From assembly GCA_026416195.1 (NCBI GenBank), contig JAOAFQ010000098.1, positions 7,931 to 71,930 of the forward strand: a stretch of 64,000 bases of DNA, in the 5' to 3' direction. A program made the position numbers and the translations under genes. Source of the DNA: Candidatus Aminicenantes bacterium (GTDB taxonomy: Bacteria; Acidobacteriota; Aminicenantia; Aminicenantales; CALLJL01). Shown here one piece after another: positions 1 to 8,831 of the stretch (positions are counted from its first letter, which is position 1; every line of letters starts with the position of its first letter). Under the pieces are notes generated by a model. That model did no database searches. It had not been told where the DNA came from and saw only the letters and a list, made by a program, of their open reading frames with translations.

Positions 1-577
1 ATAAATTCAGGAGCCCCAGAAAGAATTAAAAGGACCCAAGCAAGAATGCTGATAATAAATTTTGGCGATTTAATTGGGACGTTTAAGCGATGAAGATATA
101 AGGCCCACATCATCCAGGCTATAGCAGCGATATGGTTGTAAAATTCAAAGGAAGAAAGATAAATGCCGCTGAAGAAAAACAGGCTCGCCGAAAAAAAGGC
201 GGCCTTTTTAGAAAGACCATAGGTTCCAGCTAAAAGATACATGCCCAGCCAGCCGATTAAGGGGTGGATAAGGTAATGAATTTTAAAAGCTACAAAAAAG
301 GGAAGAATCAGATAAAGCCAAGTCGTAGGGTAAAAAATAGCGGTTTTGGGATTAGCCATAAAGGGTTGGCCATTGCCATGAGCCTCTGTCCAGAGAGCAA
401 GGTGGCCTTGTTTAAGGAGAGCGGCGGCGTGCTTCCGTAAAGGAATTTCTAATAAAGTAAAATCTCGTTCATAAAAAGTATTGGCTTTAAAAAAGAAATC
501 GCGAAAAAGGAAGAGAAATAGGGCGCAAAAGATAATAAATAACCATAGGTCAACTTTTTTGGATAAAGCAAACCTCA
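1..577 (-). CDS. Polytopic membrane protein, N-terminal part only (C-terminus lies beyond the window start); possibly a GT-C/YfhO-like lipid-linked-sugar glycosyltransferase
   Basis: Reverse-strand ATG at 575-577 opens an uninterrupted frame to the window edge (MRFALSKKVDLWLFIIFCALFLFLF...HLALWTEAHGNGQPFMANPKTAIFYPTTWLYLILPFF...). It has multiple hydrophobic helices. It is absent from the ORF track only because it has no in-window stop. Confidence 0.45.
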
Positions 578-813
578 TCTCCTTTTGAATATTAATTAAA
601 GAAAGGATTAGAAATCAAATTTTATTAGCAAAAAACGGGCAGAAAAAATTTTGAAAAGGCATCTAAACTTATTAGAAAATTATAATTAGCCCAATAGCCA
701 AATTATATCCAGCAAAGATTAAAACGCTCTTTATTAGAATTAAAGATTTCCATTTTCATTTGTTAAAGAAACTTTTAATAGAACTTTGAAACATTTATCT
801 ATTTTTTTATTAA

Positions 814-1224
814 TTATTCTTTCAAAATTTCTGCACGGACAGCTCTTGGTGTGTCCTGAGGCGAAAAGCCGATAGTAAGCTTGACATGGGGATAATACTT
901 TTTTGCGATATTTTTGGTTATTTCGGCGCCCTTTTTATTATCTTCTCCTTCTATTTCAGCATCAATTACATCGATTAATGCTCCTTTAAAGAGCTCGCTT
1001 AAGCAAAAAGTGCTATAACCAAAAAACAACTTTATGTCTGACTCATATAAGATTGTGGCTCCTAAATAATCCTTTCTAATTTCAAAGCCTTCTTCCTCAT
1101 AAACATATTTTATCTTTTTTACAATCTCGTTTATTTTCTTTTCTTCAAAAATCTGAGTTTCCTTTTTTGGCCAACAAAAAACAAAGGAAACAAATATTAT
1201 TTGGATTAAAAATATAGTAATCAT
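814..1224 (-). CDS. Hypothetical small exported or membrane-anchored protein (136 aa)
   Basis: Hydrophobic N-terminus (MITIFLIQIIFVSFVFCW) followed by a soluble charged domain. No recognisable family. Confidence 0.35.
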   Translation of the reverse strand: MITIFLIQIIFVSFVFCWPKKETQIFEEKKINEIVKKIKYVYEEEGFEIRKDYLGATILYESDIKLFFGYSTFCLSELFKGALIDVIDAEIEGEDNKKGAEITKNIAKKYYPHVKLTIGFSPQDTPRAVRAEILKE

Positions 1225-1665
1225 AGGAGTTAAGGTTGTTTTTTTACTTCAACGAAACTCATTCGTCCCCCCTATAACATATTTTTTCTCAATAACATTA
1301 TCAGTAAAATATGTCAAGGAAAAGTCATAACTTGTGGTGTATTGTCTAATTAGGAGCCAACCGAGGTCGAACAATATTGGACCAGCCAAGTGGGAAAATT
1401 CTTTATGCCTCGGCTACCCAAGCAAAGTTTGGAACCGAGTAAGCGATAGGCGAATCGTTGGCCTCGTTTCTTTCTGCCTTTTTCTTACAAACGGCTAATA
1501 GTCAAAATCAACAATGGACTTATGTTTTGAGCCAAGTTGAAGAAATAGTTATGCCCTATTTTCTTGAAATAGTACTTGGGCCTGACTTCAAAAGAGGCCA
1601 ATTCTATAGCTAAGATATTTGACAATTTATCTTTTAATGAAGTAAAAATTAAAAGATCCTCAACT

Positions 1666-2547
1666 ATGTCTGAAATAAAAGAGGGCCTTAGTATTGTAAT
1701 TCCTGTTTATAATGAGGAAAAGTCAATTCATGAAACTATTGAATTTTTTAAAACGCTGATCGAAAAAACCCAAAATTTAGAAGTAATTTTCGTTGATGAT
1801 GGGTCAACTGATAAAACATCAGATATTTTAAAGAGCTTTGCTGCCGACCGAATAAGTCTTCTGATTCATGAAAGAAATAAAGGCTATGGCGCAGCTATTA
1901 AGAGCGGCGTTGCGATCGCCACCTATGATTATATTGCTATCACTGACGCTGACGGCTCTTATCCCCACGAGAAAGTTTTGGAATTATTTAAAATGTTGAT
2001 GGAGAGAAACGTAGACATGGTGGTGGGCGCAAGAATAGGCAAAGCCGTAAAAATGGGCTTTTTTAGAAAATTAGCTAAGTATTTCTTGAAAAGACTTGCT
2101 GAATTCTTGACGGATTGTTCAATTCCTGATCTTAATTCAGGGTTGAGGATTGTAAGAAAAGAGCTAATCCAAAAATTCATGAAATTCTTGCCCGATCGGT
2201 TTTCCTTTACTTCTACCTTGACTCTTTTACTTTTAACCAATAACTATAAAATTTTTTATTACCCGATTAACTATTATAGAAGAACAGGCCAATCAAAAAT
2301 AAGACCTCTTAAAGACACCTTAAATTTTATTCAATTGATTGTTAGAACAGTTATGTTTTTTAATCCCTTGAAAGTCTTTCTGCCTGTAAGCTTATTTTTT
2401 ATGTTTTTGTCGTTGGTTGTTTTAGTGGTGTCTTATCTTAGAGGGAAAATTATGGACATTACAACAATTTTGCTCTTTGTGACTGGGTTGCATCTTCTGG
2501 CTTTAGGGCTTCTGGCTGATCTTATCGATAAAAGATTAAATCGATGA
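1666..2547 (+). CDS. GT2 family glycosyltransferase, polyprenyl-phosphate sugar synthase type (DPM1/ArnC/CsbB-like) with C-terminal TM helices
   Basis: LSIVIPVYNEE...VIFVDDGSTDKT...DADGSYP motifs (DXD, GT-A fold), then two C-terminal hydrophobic helices. The ATG at 1666 gives a typical N-terminus (MSEIKEGLSIVIP). The track ORF begins at TTG 1576, so the start is uncertain. Confidence 0.8.
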   Translation: MSEIKEGLSIVIPVYNEEKSIHETIEFFKTLIEKTQNLEVIFVDDGSTDKTSDILKSFAADRISLLIHERNKGYGAAIKSGVAIATYDYIAITDADGSYPHEKVLELFKMLMERNVDMVVGARIGKAVKMGFFRKLAKYFLKRLAEFLTDCSIPDLNSGLRIVRKELIQKFMKFLPDRFSFTSTLTLLLLTNNYKIFYYPINYYRRTGQSKIRPLKDTLNFIQLIVRTVMFFNPLKVFLPVSLFFMFLSLVVLVVSYLRGKIMDITTILLFVTGLHLLALGLLADLIDKRLNR

Positions 2548-3992
2548 GAATTCTGCTAATTAATCCCCCCCGTTGGAATGAGCTGGTAGGGAAAAATCCG
2601 GCCATTATCGAAAAGCATCGAGGTTTTAATCCACCCTTGGGTCTTCTTTATCTTGCTGCTTCCATAAAAAAGAATACTTCCCATGAAATTGAAGTCCTTG
2701 ATGCTCAACCACTTCAATGGACTTATCGAGAGCTTGAAACTTATTTAAAAGGAAAAACCTATGATTTAGTCGGCATTTCGGTTATGACCTTTACCTTAAT
2801 CGATGCTTTTAAAACAGTTCGAGTCGTTAAGAGAGCTATTCCAGAGGCAAAGATTGTCTTGGGTGGGGCCCATGTTCATTTATTTCCAGAAGAAACTAAG
2901 AATCTCGAAGGGGTAGATTTTGCTTTTATGGGGGAAGCTGAGTTTTCGTTCATTAAATTTCTTTCTTGCTTTGAAAATGGCCAGAAATCTTTTGAAAATG
3001 TTCCTGGGCTTGTTTTTAATGATAACCAAGGGAAAATTATCAAGAACAACATTGAAATCATAAGAAATCTTGATGAAGTACCCTTGCCTGAACGTTCTTT
3101 AGTCGGAATTAAAAATTATAGTTCTCTCTTGAGTCGGGGAAATCTTTGTACGACCGTAATTACAAGCCGAGGCTGTCCCTTTCACTGCACTTTTTGTGAT
3201 CGTCCTCTTTCTCCCATCACCTCCATTTTTCGTTATCGAAGCGCCAAGAATGTGGTAGAAGAGATAAGAGAATGCATGGAATATGGAATCAAAGATTTTC
3301 TTTTTTATGATGATACTTTCACGGTCAATCGAGATCGGGTGCTGGCAATATGTGAAGAGATTTTGAGGCATAATTTAAAAATTAGGTGGGATGTGAGAAC
3401 AAGAGTTGATTTGGTTGATGAAGAAATACTAAGGATGATGAAAAGGGCCGGTTGCGTAGCAATTCATTATGGCGTCGAATCAGGCAATGATGATATTTTG
3501 AAAATCCTTCAAAAGGGATTTACGGTAAAAAAAGTTAAGGAAACTTTTGCCTTAACAAAAAAAATTGGCCTTGAGACCCTTGCTTACTTTATGATCGGCC
3601 TGCCCTCAGAAAACCTTAAACATATTCAAGATACCTTTGATTTAGCTAAAGAGCTTCGTCCTGACTATACTCACTTTACAATTTTCTCTCCTTATCCAGG
3701 AACTAAACTCTACTTTCTTGGGATGGAAAAGGGGATTATAAAAAGAGACATCTGGCGAGAATTCGCTCGAGATCCTAATAAAGAGTTTCGGGTGCCAGTT
3801 TGGGAAGAAAATTTTTCAAGAGATGAACTTTATGAAATAATTGTTAAATTTTATAAAAAATTCTATCTCAGGCCCCGCTATTTATTTTCCCGCCTTATTA
3901 AAACCAGATCAGTGGATGAATTAATTAAAAAGACAAAAGCAGGGGCTTCTGTCCTGACCATGAAAAAAAGTTCAGTTGACAAATTAAAATGA
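2544..3992 (+). CDS. B12-binding (class B) radical SAM enzyme
   Basis: N-terminal B12-binding-like Rossmann region, then CPFHCTFCD (CX3CX2C radical SAM cluster motif), 482 aa. The start overlaps the upstream stop (ATGA). Confidence 0.8.
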   Translation: MRILLINPPRWNELVGKNPAIIEKHRGFNPPLGLLYLAASIKKNTSHEIEVLDAQPLQWTYRELETYLKGKTYDLVGISVMTFTLIDAFKTVRVVKRAIPEAKIVLGGAHVHLFPEETKNLEGVDFAFMGEAEFSFIKFLSCFENGQKSFENVPGLVFNDNQGKIIKNNIEIIRNLDEVPLPERSLVGIKNYSSLLSRGNLCTTVITSRGCPFHCTFCDRPLSPITSIFRYRSAKNVVEEIRECMEYGIKDFLFYDDTFTVNRDRVLAICEEILRHNLKIRWDVRTRVDLVDEEILRMMKRAGCVAIHYGVESGNDDILKILQKGFTVKKVKETFALTKKIGLETLAYFMIGLPSENLKHIQDTFDLAKELRPDYTHFTIFSPYPGTKLYFLGMEKGIIKRDIWREFARDPNKEFRVPVWEENFSRDELYEIIVKFYKKFYLRPRYLFSRLIKTRSVDELIKKTKAGASVLTMKKSSVDKLK

Positions 3993-4645
3993 ATGTTGAT
4001 TACGCCATCGCAAGAGAAAAAAGAGTTGACTATCGCAACCAACTAAATAAGCGGACCAAAGAAGTTCTTAAAACTATAGGAAAATATTTGCCTTCACCGC
4101 AAATGATCATGGATTTAGGGACAGCCGAAGGAAAAATGCTGGCCTATCTCAAGAAGGCGTTTCCGAGCGCTTTTTGTTTAGGAGTAGATTCTTCTTTTCC
4201 TCTTCTTTTATACGGCAAAAAAAGATCTTCTGATTTATCGTTCATTTGGGCTGAAGCTGAAAATCTTAAGTTTATTCAAGATGAGACATTTGATGTCATT
4301 ATAGCGGCTGCAATTATCGAACATCTGGTCAGCCCCAGCCGAATGCTCCGCGAGGCTTATCGATTGCTCAAGCCAAAGGGCATAATTATTCTGACGACTC
4401 CAAATCCGTTTTGGGAGAAAATCGCTAGGGTCTTAGGTTTTATAAAGGGAGAGCATAATTATGTAATGTTTCTTTCTCAACTTGTTGACATGTGCCGAAA
4501 GGAAAATTTTTTAATCCTAGAAGCTTATGGTTTTATGGTTTCACCCATTGGAATCTGGAAAGAGGATAAAATCGAAAGCTTCTTTAAAAAGGTTAAGCTT
4601 GATAAATTTTTATTAAATCAGATGGTCGTGGCCCAAAAACCATAA
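3989..4645 (+). CDS. Class I SAM-dependent methyltransferase
   Basis: DLGTAEG (motif I), DVIIAAAIIEHL (motif II) and LKPKGIIIL (motif III). Translationally coupled (ATGA overlap) to the radical SAM gene. Confidence 0.7.
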   Translation: MNVDYAIAREKRVDYRNQLNKRTKEVLKTIGKYLPSPQMIMDLGTAEGKMLAYLKKAFPSAFCLGVDSSFPLLLYGKKRSSDLSFIWAEAENLKFIQDETFDVIIAAAIIEHLVSPSRMLREAYRLLKPKGIIILTTPNPFWEKIARVLGFIKGEHNYVMFLSQLVDMCRKENFLILEAYGFMVSPIGIWKEDKIESFFKKVKLDKFLLNQMVVAQKP

Positions 4646-4773
4646 AACTTTCTCTTATCTTCTGCGTCTAACTTCGCTCAAGGGAATGGTTAGGTCAATG
4701 GTGGCAGATATTCCAAGAAAGAAATAGTCAATTCATCTTTGTGATATAATTAGACCAAGCCGATGATGAAGGG

Positions 4774-5523
4774 ATGATAAGAGAAGGTCGATTACTTTAT
4801 TCATTACGGACAGCTTTCCTTATATTTCTTTATGGCCTGATTGTCCTTCTGATAATTCCCGTTCTTCTTATTTTTTTTATTTTGGGAATAAGAAAGCCCT
4901 TGCTTGAACTTGGTAAATGGGCCATGGGTATAGGTAAACGAATCCTTAGGATCGAGATTGAGGTTTTAGGCCTGGATAGATTTGACCCGACTGGCTCTTA
5001 TGTCTTCATGGCTAATCACTTAAGTTTTATCGATGGCCCCCTTCTTTTTTACGTCATTCCCCAAATTGTCCGCGTCTTCATCAAAAAAGAGGTTTTTCGA
5101 TTGCCTGTAGTTGGCCTTGGCATGAAGCATGTTCATTTTATTCCTGTTGACCGAAAAAGGTTGCGGGGTGGGCGGTGGAGCATAGAGCGAGCGGCTAGGT
5201 TGATGAAGGAAAGGGGGTATTCCTTCTTAATTTTCCCGGAAGGAACCAGAAGCCGTGACGGTCGACTCCAGGATTTTCGGCGAGGGGGTTTTTTCTTAGC
5301 CTTGGAAACGGCAGCGCCGATTGTTCCCATCACTCTTATTGGTACCTTTGAGCTTATGCCTCGAGGCCAGTTTCACGTAAAGCCTGGGAAAGTTAAAGTT
5401 GTTTTTCATTCGCCTGTGCCGGTTACTGGCTATAATAAGGATTCAATTGATCAGCTTATCAAGGAAGTTAGAAATCAGATTGCTTTGGCCTTACCTGAAC
5501 CATATAGGCCCCTCTCTTCTTAG
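4774..5523 (+). CDS. Lysophospholipid (1-acyl-sn-glycerol-3-phosphate, PlsC-type) acyltransferase
   Basis: N-terminal TM anchor, HX4D motif (NHLSFIDG), FPEGTRS motif. Confidence 0.75.
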   Translation: MIREGRLLYSLRTAFLIFLYGLIVLLIIPVLLIFFILGIRKPLLELGKWAMGIGKRILRIEIEVLGLDRFDPTGSYVFMANHLSFIDGPLLFYVIPQIVRVFIKKEVFRLPVVGLGMKHVHFIPVDRKRLRGGRWSIERAARLMKERGYSFLIFPEGTRSRDGRLQDFRRGGFFLALETAAPIVPITLIGTFELMPRGQFHVKPGKVKVVFHSPVPVTGYNKDSIDQLIKEVRNQIALALPEPYRPLSS

Positions 5524-5646
5524 TAATAGAATAGCCTCTTCGAAAGAGTGGTTAGGATCAATTAATCATATCCTTGAAAATTCAAGAAAAGCAGAATAAA
5601 TTGAAGCCTATAAAAAAAAGAATAAATATCTCTGGAGGAGAAGGTA

Positions 5647-6228
5647 ATGGATAAAATTTCATCAGGAGAAAGCCTTGTTGCAGCGGGAGAAGAATTGAAG
5701 CAGCTGCTTGATAAATTTATCAGAGAAAATGAAAAGGAAATTCTTCGGCTAATTGAGGCGTTGGCTGAAGCTTTAAGAAAGGGTAAAAAGATTCTTATTT
5801 TTGGGAATGGAGGCAGTGCCGCTGAAGCTCAGCATTTTGCGGCTGAGCTGGTGAATAAATTTCTTGAGGTTAGACCGCCGCTTCGGGCCATGGCCTTATC
5901 AACGGATACCTCAATTTTGACTTCTATTGGAAATGACACTTCCTTTAATTTTATTTTCAGCCGCCAGATTGAAGCTTTGGGAGATGCGGGTGATATTGCC
6001 ATAGGCTTATCGACAAGCGGACGCTCGCCTAACATCGCTGAAGCCTTAAAAGCGGCCAAAAAAAAGGGTCTAATTTCAGTTGCTATAACAGGCGAGGGCG
6101 GGGGTCTTCTTGGCTCCTTGGCTGATTATCTTATTACCGTTCCCAGCCAGTCAACACCCCGCATTCAAGAAGTTCACCTCTTTCTTCTTCATCTTCTGGC
6201 CGAATCTCTCGAAAAACTCCTTTTTTAA
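5647..6228 (+). CDS. gmhA: SIS-domain phosphoheptose isomerase (GmhA/DiaA family)
   Basis: ILIFGNGGSAAEAQHFAAEL and GLSTSGRSPNI motifs, 193 aa, GGAGG RBS 8 nt upstream. Confidence 0.7.
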   Translation: MDKISSGESLVAAGEELKQLLDKFIRENEKEILRLIEALAEALRKGKKILIFGNGGSAAEAQHFAAELVNKFLEVRPPLRAMALSTDTSILTSIGNDTSFNFIFSRQIEALGDAGDIAIGLSTSGRSPNIAEALKAAKKKGLISVAITGEGGGLLGSLADYLITVPSQSTPRIQEVHLFLLHLLAESLEKLLF

Positions 6229-6440
6229 TTTTTAATTTTTATTTTAATTTTTAGGTACCGCCTTACTTATTTACCTATTTTTTACTTCTTTTCTTCAGTT
6301 CAGTCTGCTGTTTCGCCTCACTTATAGATTAATTTTTCGCATTTAGGATGACCCACTTAGCTCCTAATTTTATAGTTGAAGGACTGAATAATAATTATTT
6401 GTGTTTTCGGCTAGATAAATTAGGTAAATGAGTGAGGTGG

Positions 6441-6469
6441 AACCTATTTGAAAGAACCTATTTGAAAGA
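6441..6469. repeat. Tandem direct repeat, two copies of (a)acctatttgaaaga
   Basis: ggaacctatttgaaagaacctatttgaaagagg lies immediately 3' of the stop of the aminotransferase-kinase fusion gene. Confidence 0.8.
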
Positions 6470-6474
6470 GGTTA

Positions 6475-8814
6475 TTAGTCGGCGGCGATTAATCGTTTGA
6501 TTTTGTCGGCACCAGCTAGGCCGCTGTTAAATAAATAGACGGTGACTGAGTCAAACAATCGCTGAAAGAAAGACCGCTGTAACTCCAATTTATCAGGTGA
6601 TAAGCCGAGAAGATGAGGATTAAAGAAGGGCTGATGCTTTCCCGACGCGATGGTTCGTTGAGCCCCGGGCGTTTCGCCTGACTCAAAAACCCTGAGGGCT
6701 TCTTCCTTGGTTAGCTCGATAAAATCTGGAGAAACAGCATCACTTCTTAGGATGAAAATCCATCGTAAAGTGTTTCGCCTGGGATAGCCTCCTTGGCCAT
6801 AGAGCCAATTAGGATCAAGCATAGCGTAGCCATTGGCCGAAGCCCGATAACAGAAAGGAGCGCCTCGATCCAGTCGGCAATCTTCGTCTCGCTGGCAATC
6901 GGCATCCTGACAGTCCTCTTTTTTGGTTACCACATTTTCGCATTTGCTTAAATCAAAAAGCGGGGCAAGGGCGGGATAAAGTTCCACGGCTGGCGTGGTT
7001 AGATAAAGCTTTCTTTCAACGCATTCAGCTACCGAGGTTTTTCCTGATAATCTAATGAAAATCAAATCATTAGCCTGAAGGCGGAAACGAGAGTCAGAAA
7101 GAAGCTCAAAGAAAAGTTCGGTTTTTCGTGTGCCCGGCGGCCCCACCAGAACCAAACCGTTGCCCTTATAATCGACGGACAGGCCTCGAAGAGCATTGGT
7201 CGTTAATTGACTTTGAGTAATCTCAATGACCATACCCAGGGCTAAGCTTCGGAGAGGCCCATAGAGATCAGTATTAATTAGAAAGGCTGTTCTCGTTTCG
7301 GGATTATAAAAGGCCCGACTCTCTCGCCCGGCAAGGCCATCAACCGCATAAATCACCCCGTGAGGTTCAATTTCAGCTTCAAGTTGGGCTGGAAACCAAT
7401 TCTCAATCCAAAAATCATTTAGATGAGAGACATTAGTTCTAAGCTGGATAATTACTCCGTTAATATTGGCGTTCCAAATATAAACTTTTTCTCGACTTAA
7501 ATGGCTTTCTACTTCAATTTGAAGGGCTTCCCGCCGTTTTAAATCAATCTCTGCCTCTATCGGTGGCGCTTTTTTCACTTTGGTTTGGACATTACTTAGA
7601 ATTACCCTTCTAGCCTTGGGCGATGGTTTAAGTTTAGCAATAGCCGCTATAATTCGATCCATGCCTTTTTCAAGATTTTCCATCGACGTGGCGTAGGAAA
7701 TACGAATATAATTATCAGCCCCGAAAGAATCCCCAGGGACAACAGCAACGCGAGCTTCCTTTAACAAATAATAGGCCAAGCCATATGAGTTGCGGATTTG
7801 CATTCCTTCAGCTTCCTTATCGTAGTAATAAGAAAAATTAGGAAAAAGGTAGAAAGCACCTTGGGGCTTGAAACAGGAAACATGAGGAATAGTTCTCAAT
7901 TTCATTAAGCAATAATTACGGCGCCGCTGAAATTCGGCCACCATCCGTTGAACTTCATACTGAGGTCCACGAAGTGCCTCAAGGCTGGCCATCTGGGAAA
8001 TTGAAGTTGGATTTGAAGTAGTATGGCTTTGAATCTTAGCCATAGCATTGATTATTTCCGCTGGTCCAAGGGTAAAGCCAATCCGCCAACCTGTCATGGA
8101 ATAGGTCTTAGAAACACCATTGACGATAATTGTTTTCTTTTTTATTTCCTCACCAAGGGAAGCAAAGCTGACAAATTCAAAATCTTCATAGACTAACTTG
8201 CCATAAATTTCATCAGCTATGACGTAAATATCTTCATGGCGAATAATTTCAGCTAAAGCCTCAAGCTGCTTGCGGTTATAAGCCGCACCTGTGGGATTGC
8301 TGGGATTATTTAGGATTAAAGCCTTGGTTGAAGGAGTTATCACCGCCTTTAATTCTTCTGGCGTCAAAACGAAACCATTCTCTTCTTTCGTCGAAACAAT
8401 AACCGGTTTTCCCTTAGCTAGCAAAACAGCTTGAGGATAAGTCACCCAATATGGGGCTGGGATGATCACCTCTTCCCCTTCATTGATTAAGGCCATAATC
8501 AGATGAAAAAGGGAGGCTTTCGCTCCACAGGAAACAATTACTTCATTAGGCTCATAATGAAGGCCATAATCATCTTTCATTCGCTTGATAATAGCTTTCT
8601 TTAAGGCTGGAATGCCTTCATTTTCAGTGTATTTAGTGAAATTTTCTTGAATAGCTCGAATGCCAGCCTGTTTGACGTTATCAGGGGTGGGAAAATCAGG
8701 TTCGCCTACGCTGAGATCAATAACATCAAGACCAGCAGCCTTCATGGCCTTGGCTTTAGCTGAAATCTTTAAAGTCGGGGAGGTACCGATTTGGATTGCT
8801 TTTTCCGAAATCAT
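6475..8814 (-). CDS. Fusion protein: class I aspartate aminotransferase (AspB-like) N-terminal domain joined to a C-terminal HprK-like P-loop kinase domain with a Cys cluster
   Basis: Residues 1 to about 395 align throughout with AspAT (VGEPDFPTP, NNPSNPTG, PLP-lysine context SKTYSMTGWRIGF, IRISYATS). The C-terminal half carries LRGLSVDYKGNGLVLVGPPGTRKTELFFELL...RLQANDLIFI. This follows the HprK C-domain pattern ([25 protein letters not shown]...LVADD). A Cys-rich stretch follows: CENVVTKKEDCQDADCQRDEDCRLDRGAPFC. Confidence 0.7.
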   Translation of the reverse strand: MISEKAIQIGTSPTLKISAKAKAMKAAGLDVIDLSVGEPDFPTPDNVKQAGIRAIQENFTKYTENEGIPALKKAIIKRMKDDYGLHYEPNEVIVSCGAKASLFHLIMALINEGEEVIIPAPYWVTYPQAVLLAKGKPVIVSTKEENGFVLTPEELKAVITPSTKALILNNPSNPTGAAYNRKQLEALAEIIRHEDIYVIADEIYGKLVYEDFEFVSFASLGEEIKKKTIIVNGVSKTYSMTGWRIGFTLGPAEIINAMAKIQSHTTSNPTSISQMASLEALRGPQYEVQRMVAEFQRRRNYCLMKLRTIPHVSCFKPQGAFYLFPNFSYYYDKEAEGMQIRNSYGLAYYLLKEARVAVVPGDSFGADNYIRISYATSMENLEKGMDRIIAAIAKLKPSPKARRVILSNVQTKVKKAPPIEAEIDLKRREALQIEVESHLSREKVYIWNANINGVIIQLRTNVSHLNDFWIENWFPAQLEAEIEPHGVIYAVDGLAGRESRAFYNPETRTAFLINTDLYGPLRSLALGMVIEITQSQLTTNALRGLSVDYKGNGLVLVGPPGTRKTELFFELLSDSRFRLQANDLIFIRLSGKTSVAECVERKLYLTTPAVELYPALAPLFDLSKCENVVTKKEDCQDADCQRDEDCRLDRGAPFCYRASANGYAMLDPNWLYGQGGYPRRNTLRWIFILRSDAVSPDFIELTKEEALRVFESGETPGAQRTIASGKHQPFFNPHLLGLSPDKLELQRSFFQRLFDSVTVYLFNSGLAGADKIKRLIAAD

Positions 8815-8831
8815 GGTTGGTTAGCCCTTTA

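Noticed and set aside
1355-1395. Possible SRP RNA (4.5S) domain IV core: cagccaag resembles the GCAGCCAAGG segment.
   Set aside because: Only an 8-nt identity. The GGAA tetraloop and the symmetric-loop partner strand are not found. Kept only as part of the unassigned structured-leader finding.
1959-2240. Antisense or overlapping small ORFs from the six-frame track, 60-147 aa. Examples: 1959-2240, 2876-3061, 5133-5333, 9309-9566, 13435-13878, 15516-15860, 21512-21870, 27525-27878, 55235-55447.
   Set aside because: They lie wholly inside longer ORFs with strong family signatures on the other strand or frame. They have low-complexity composition and no RBS. Treated as frame noise.
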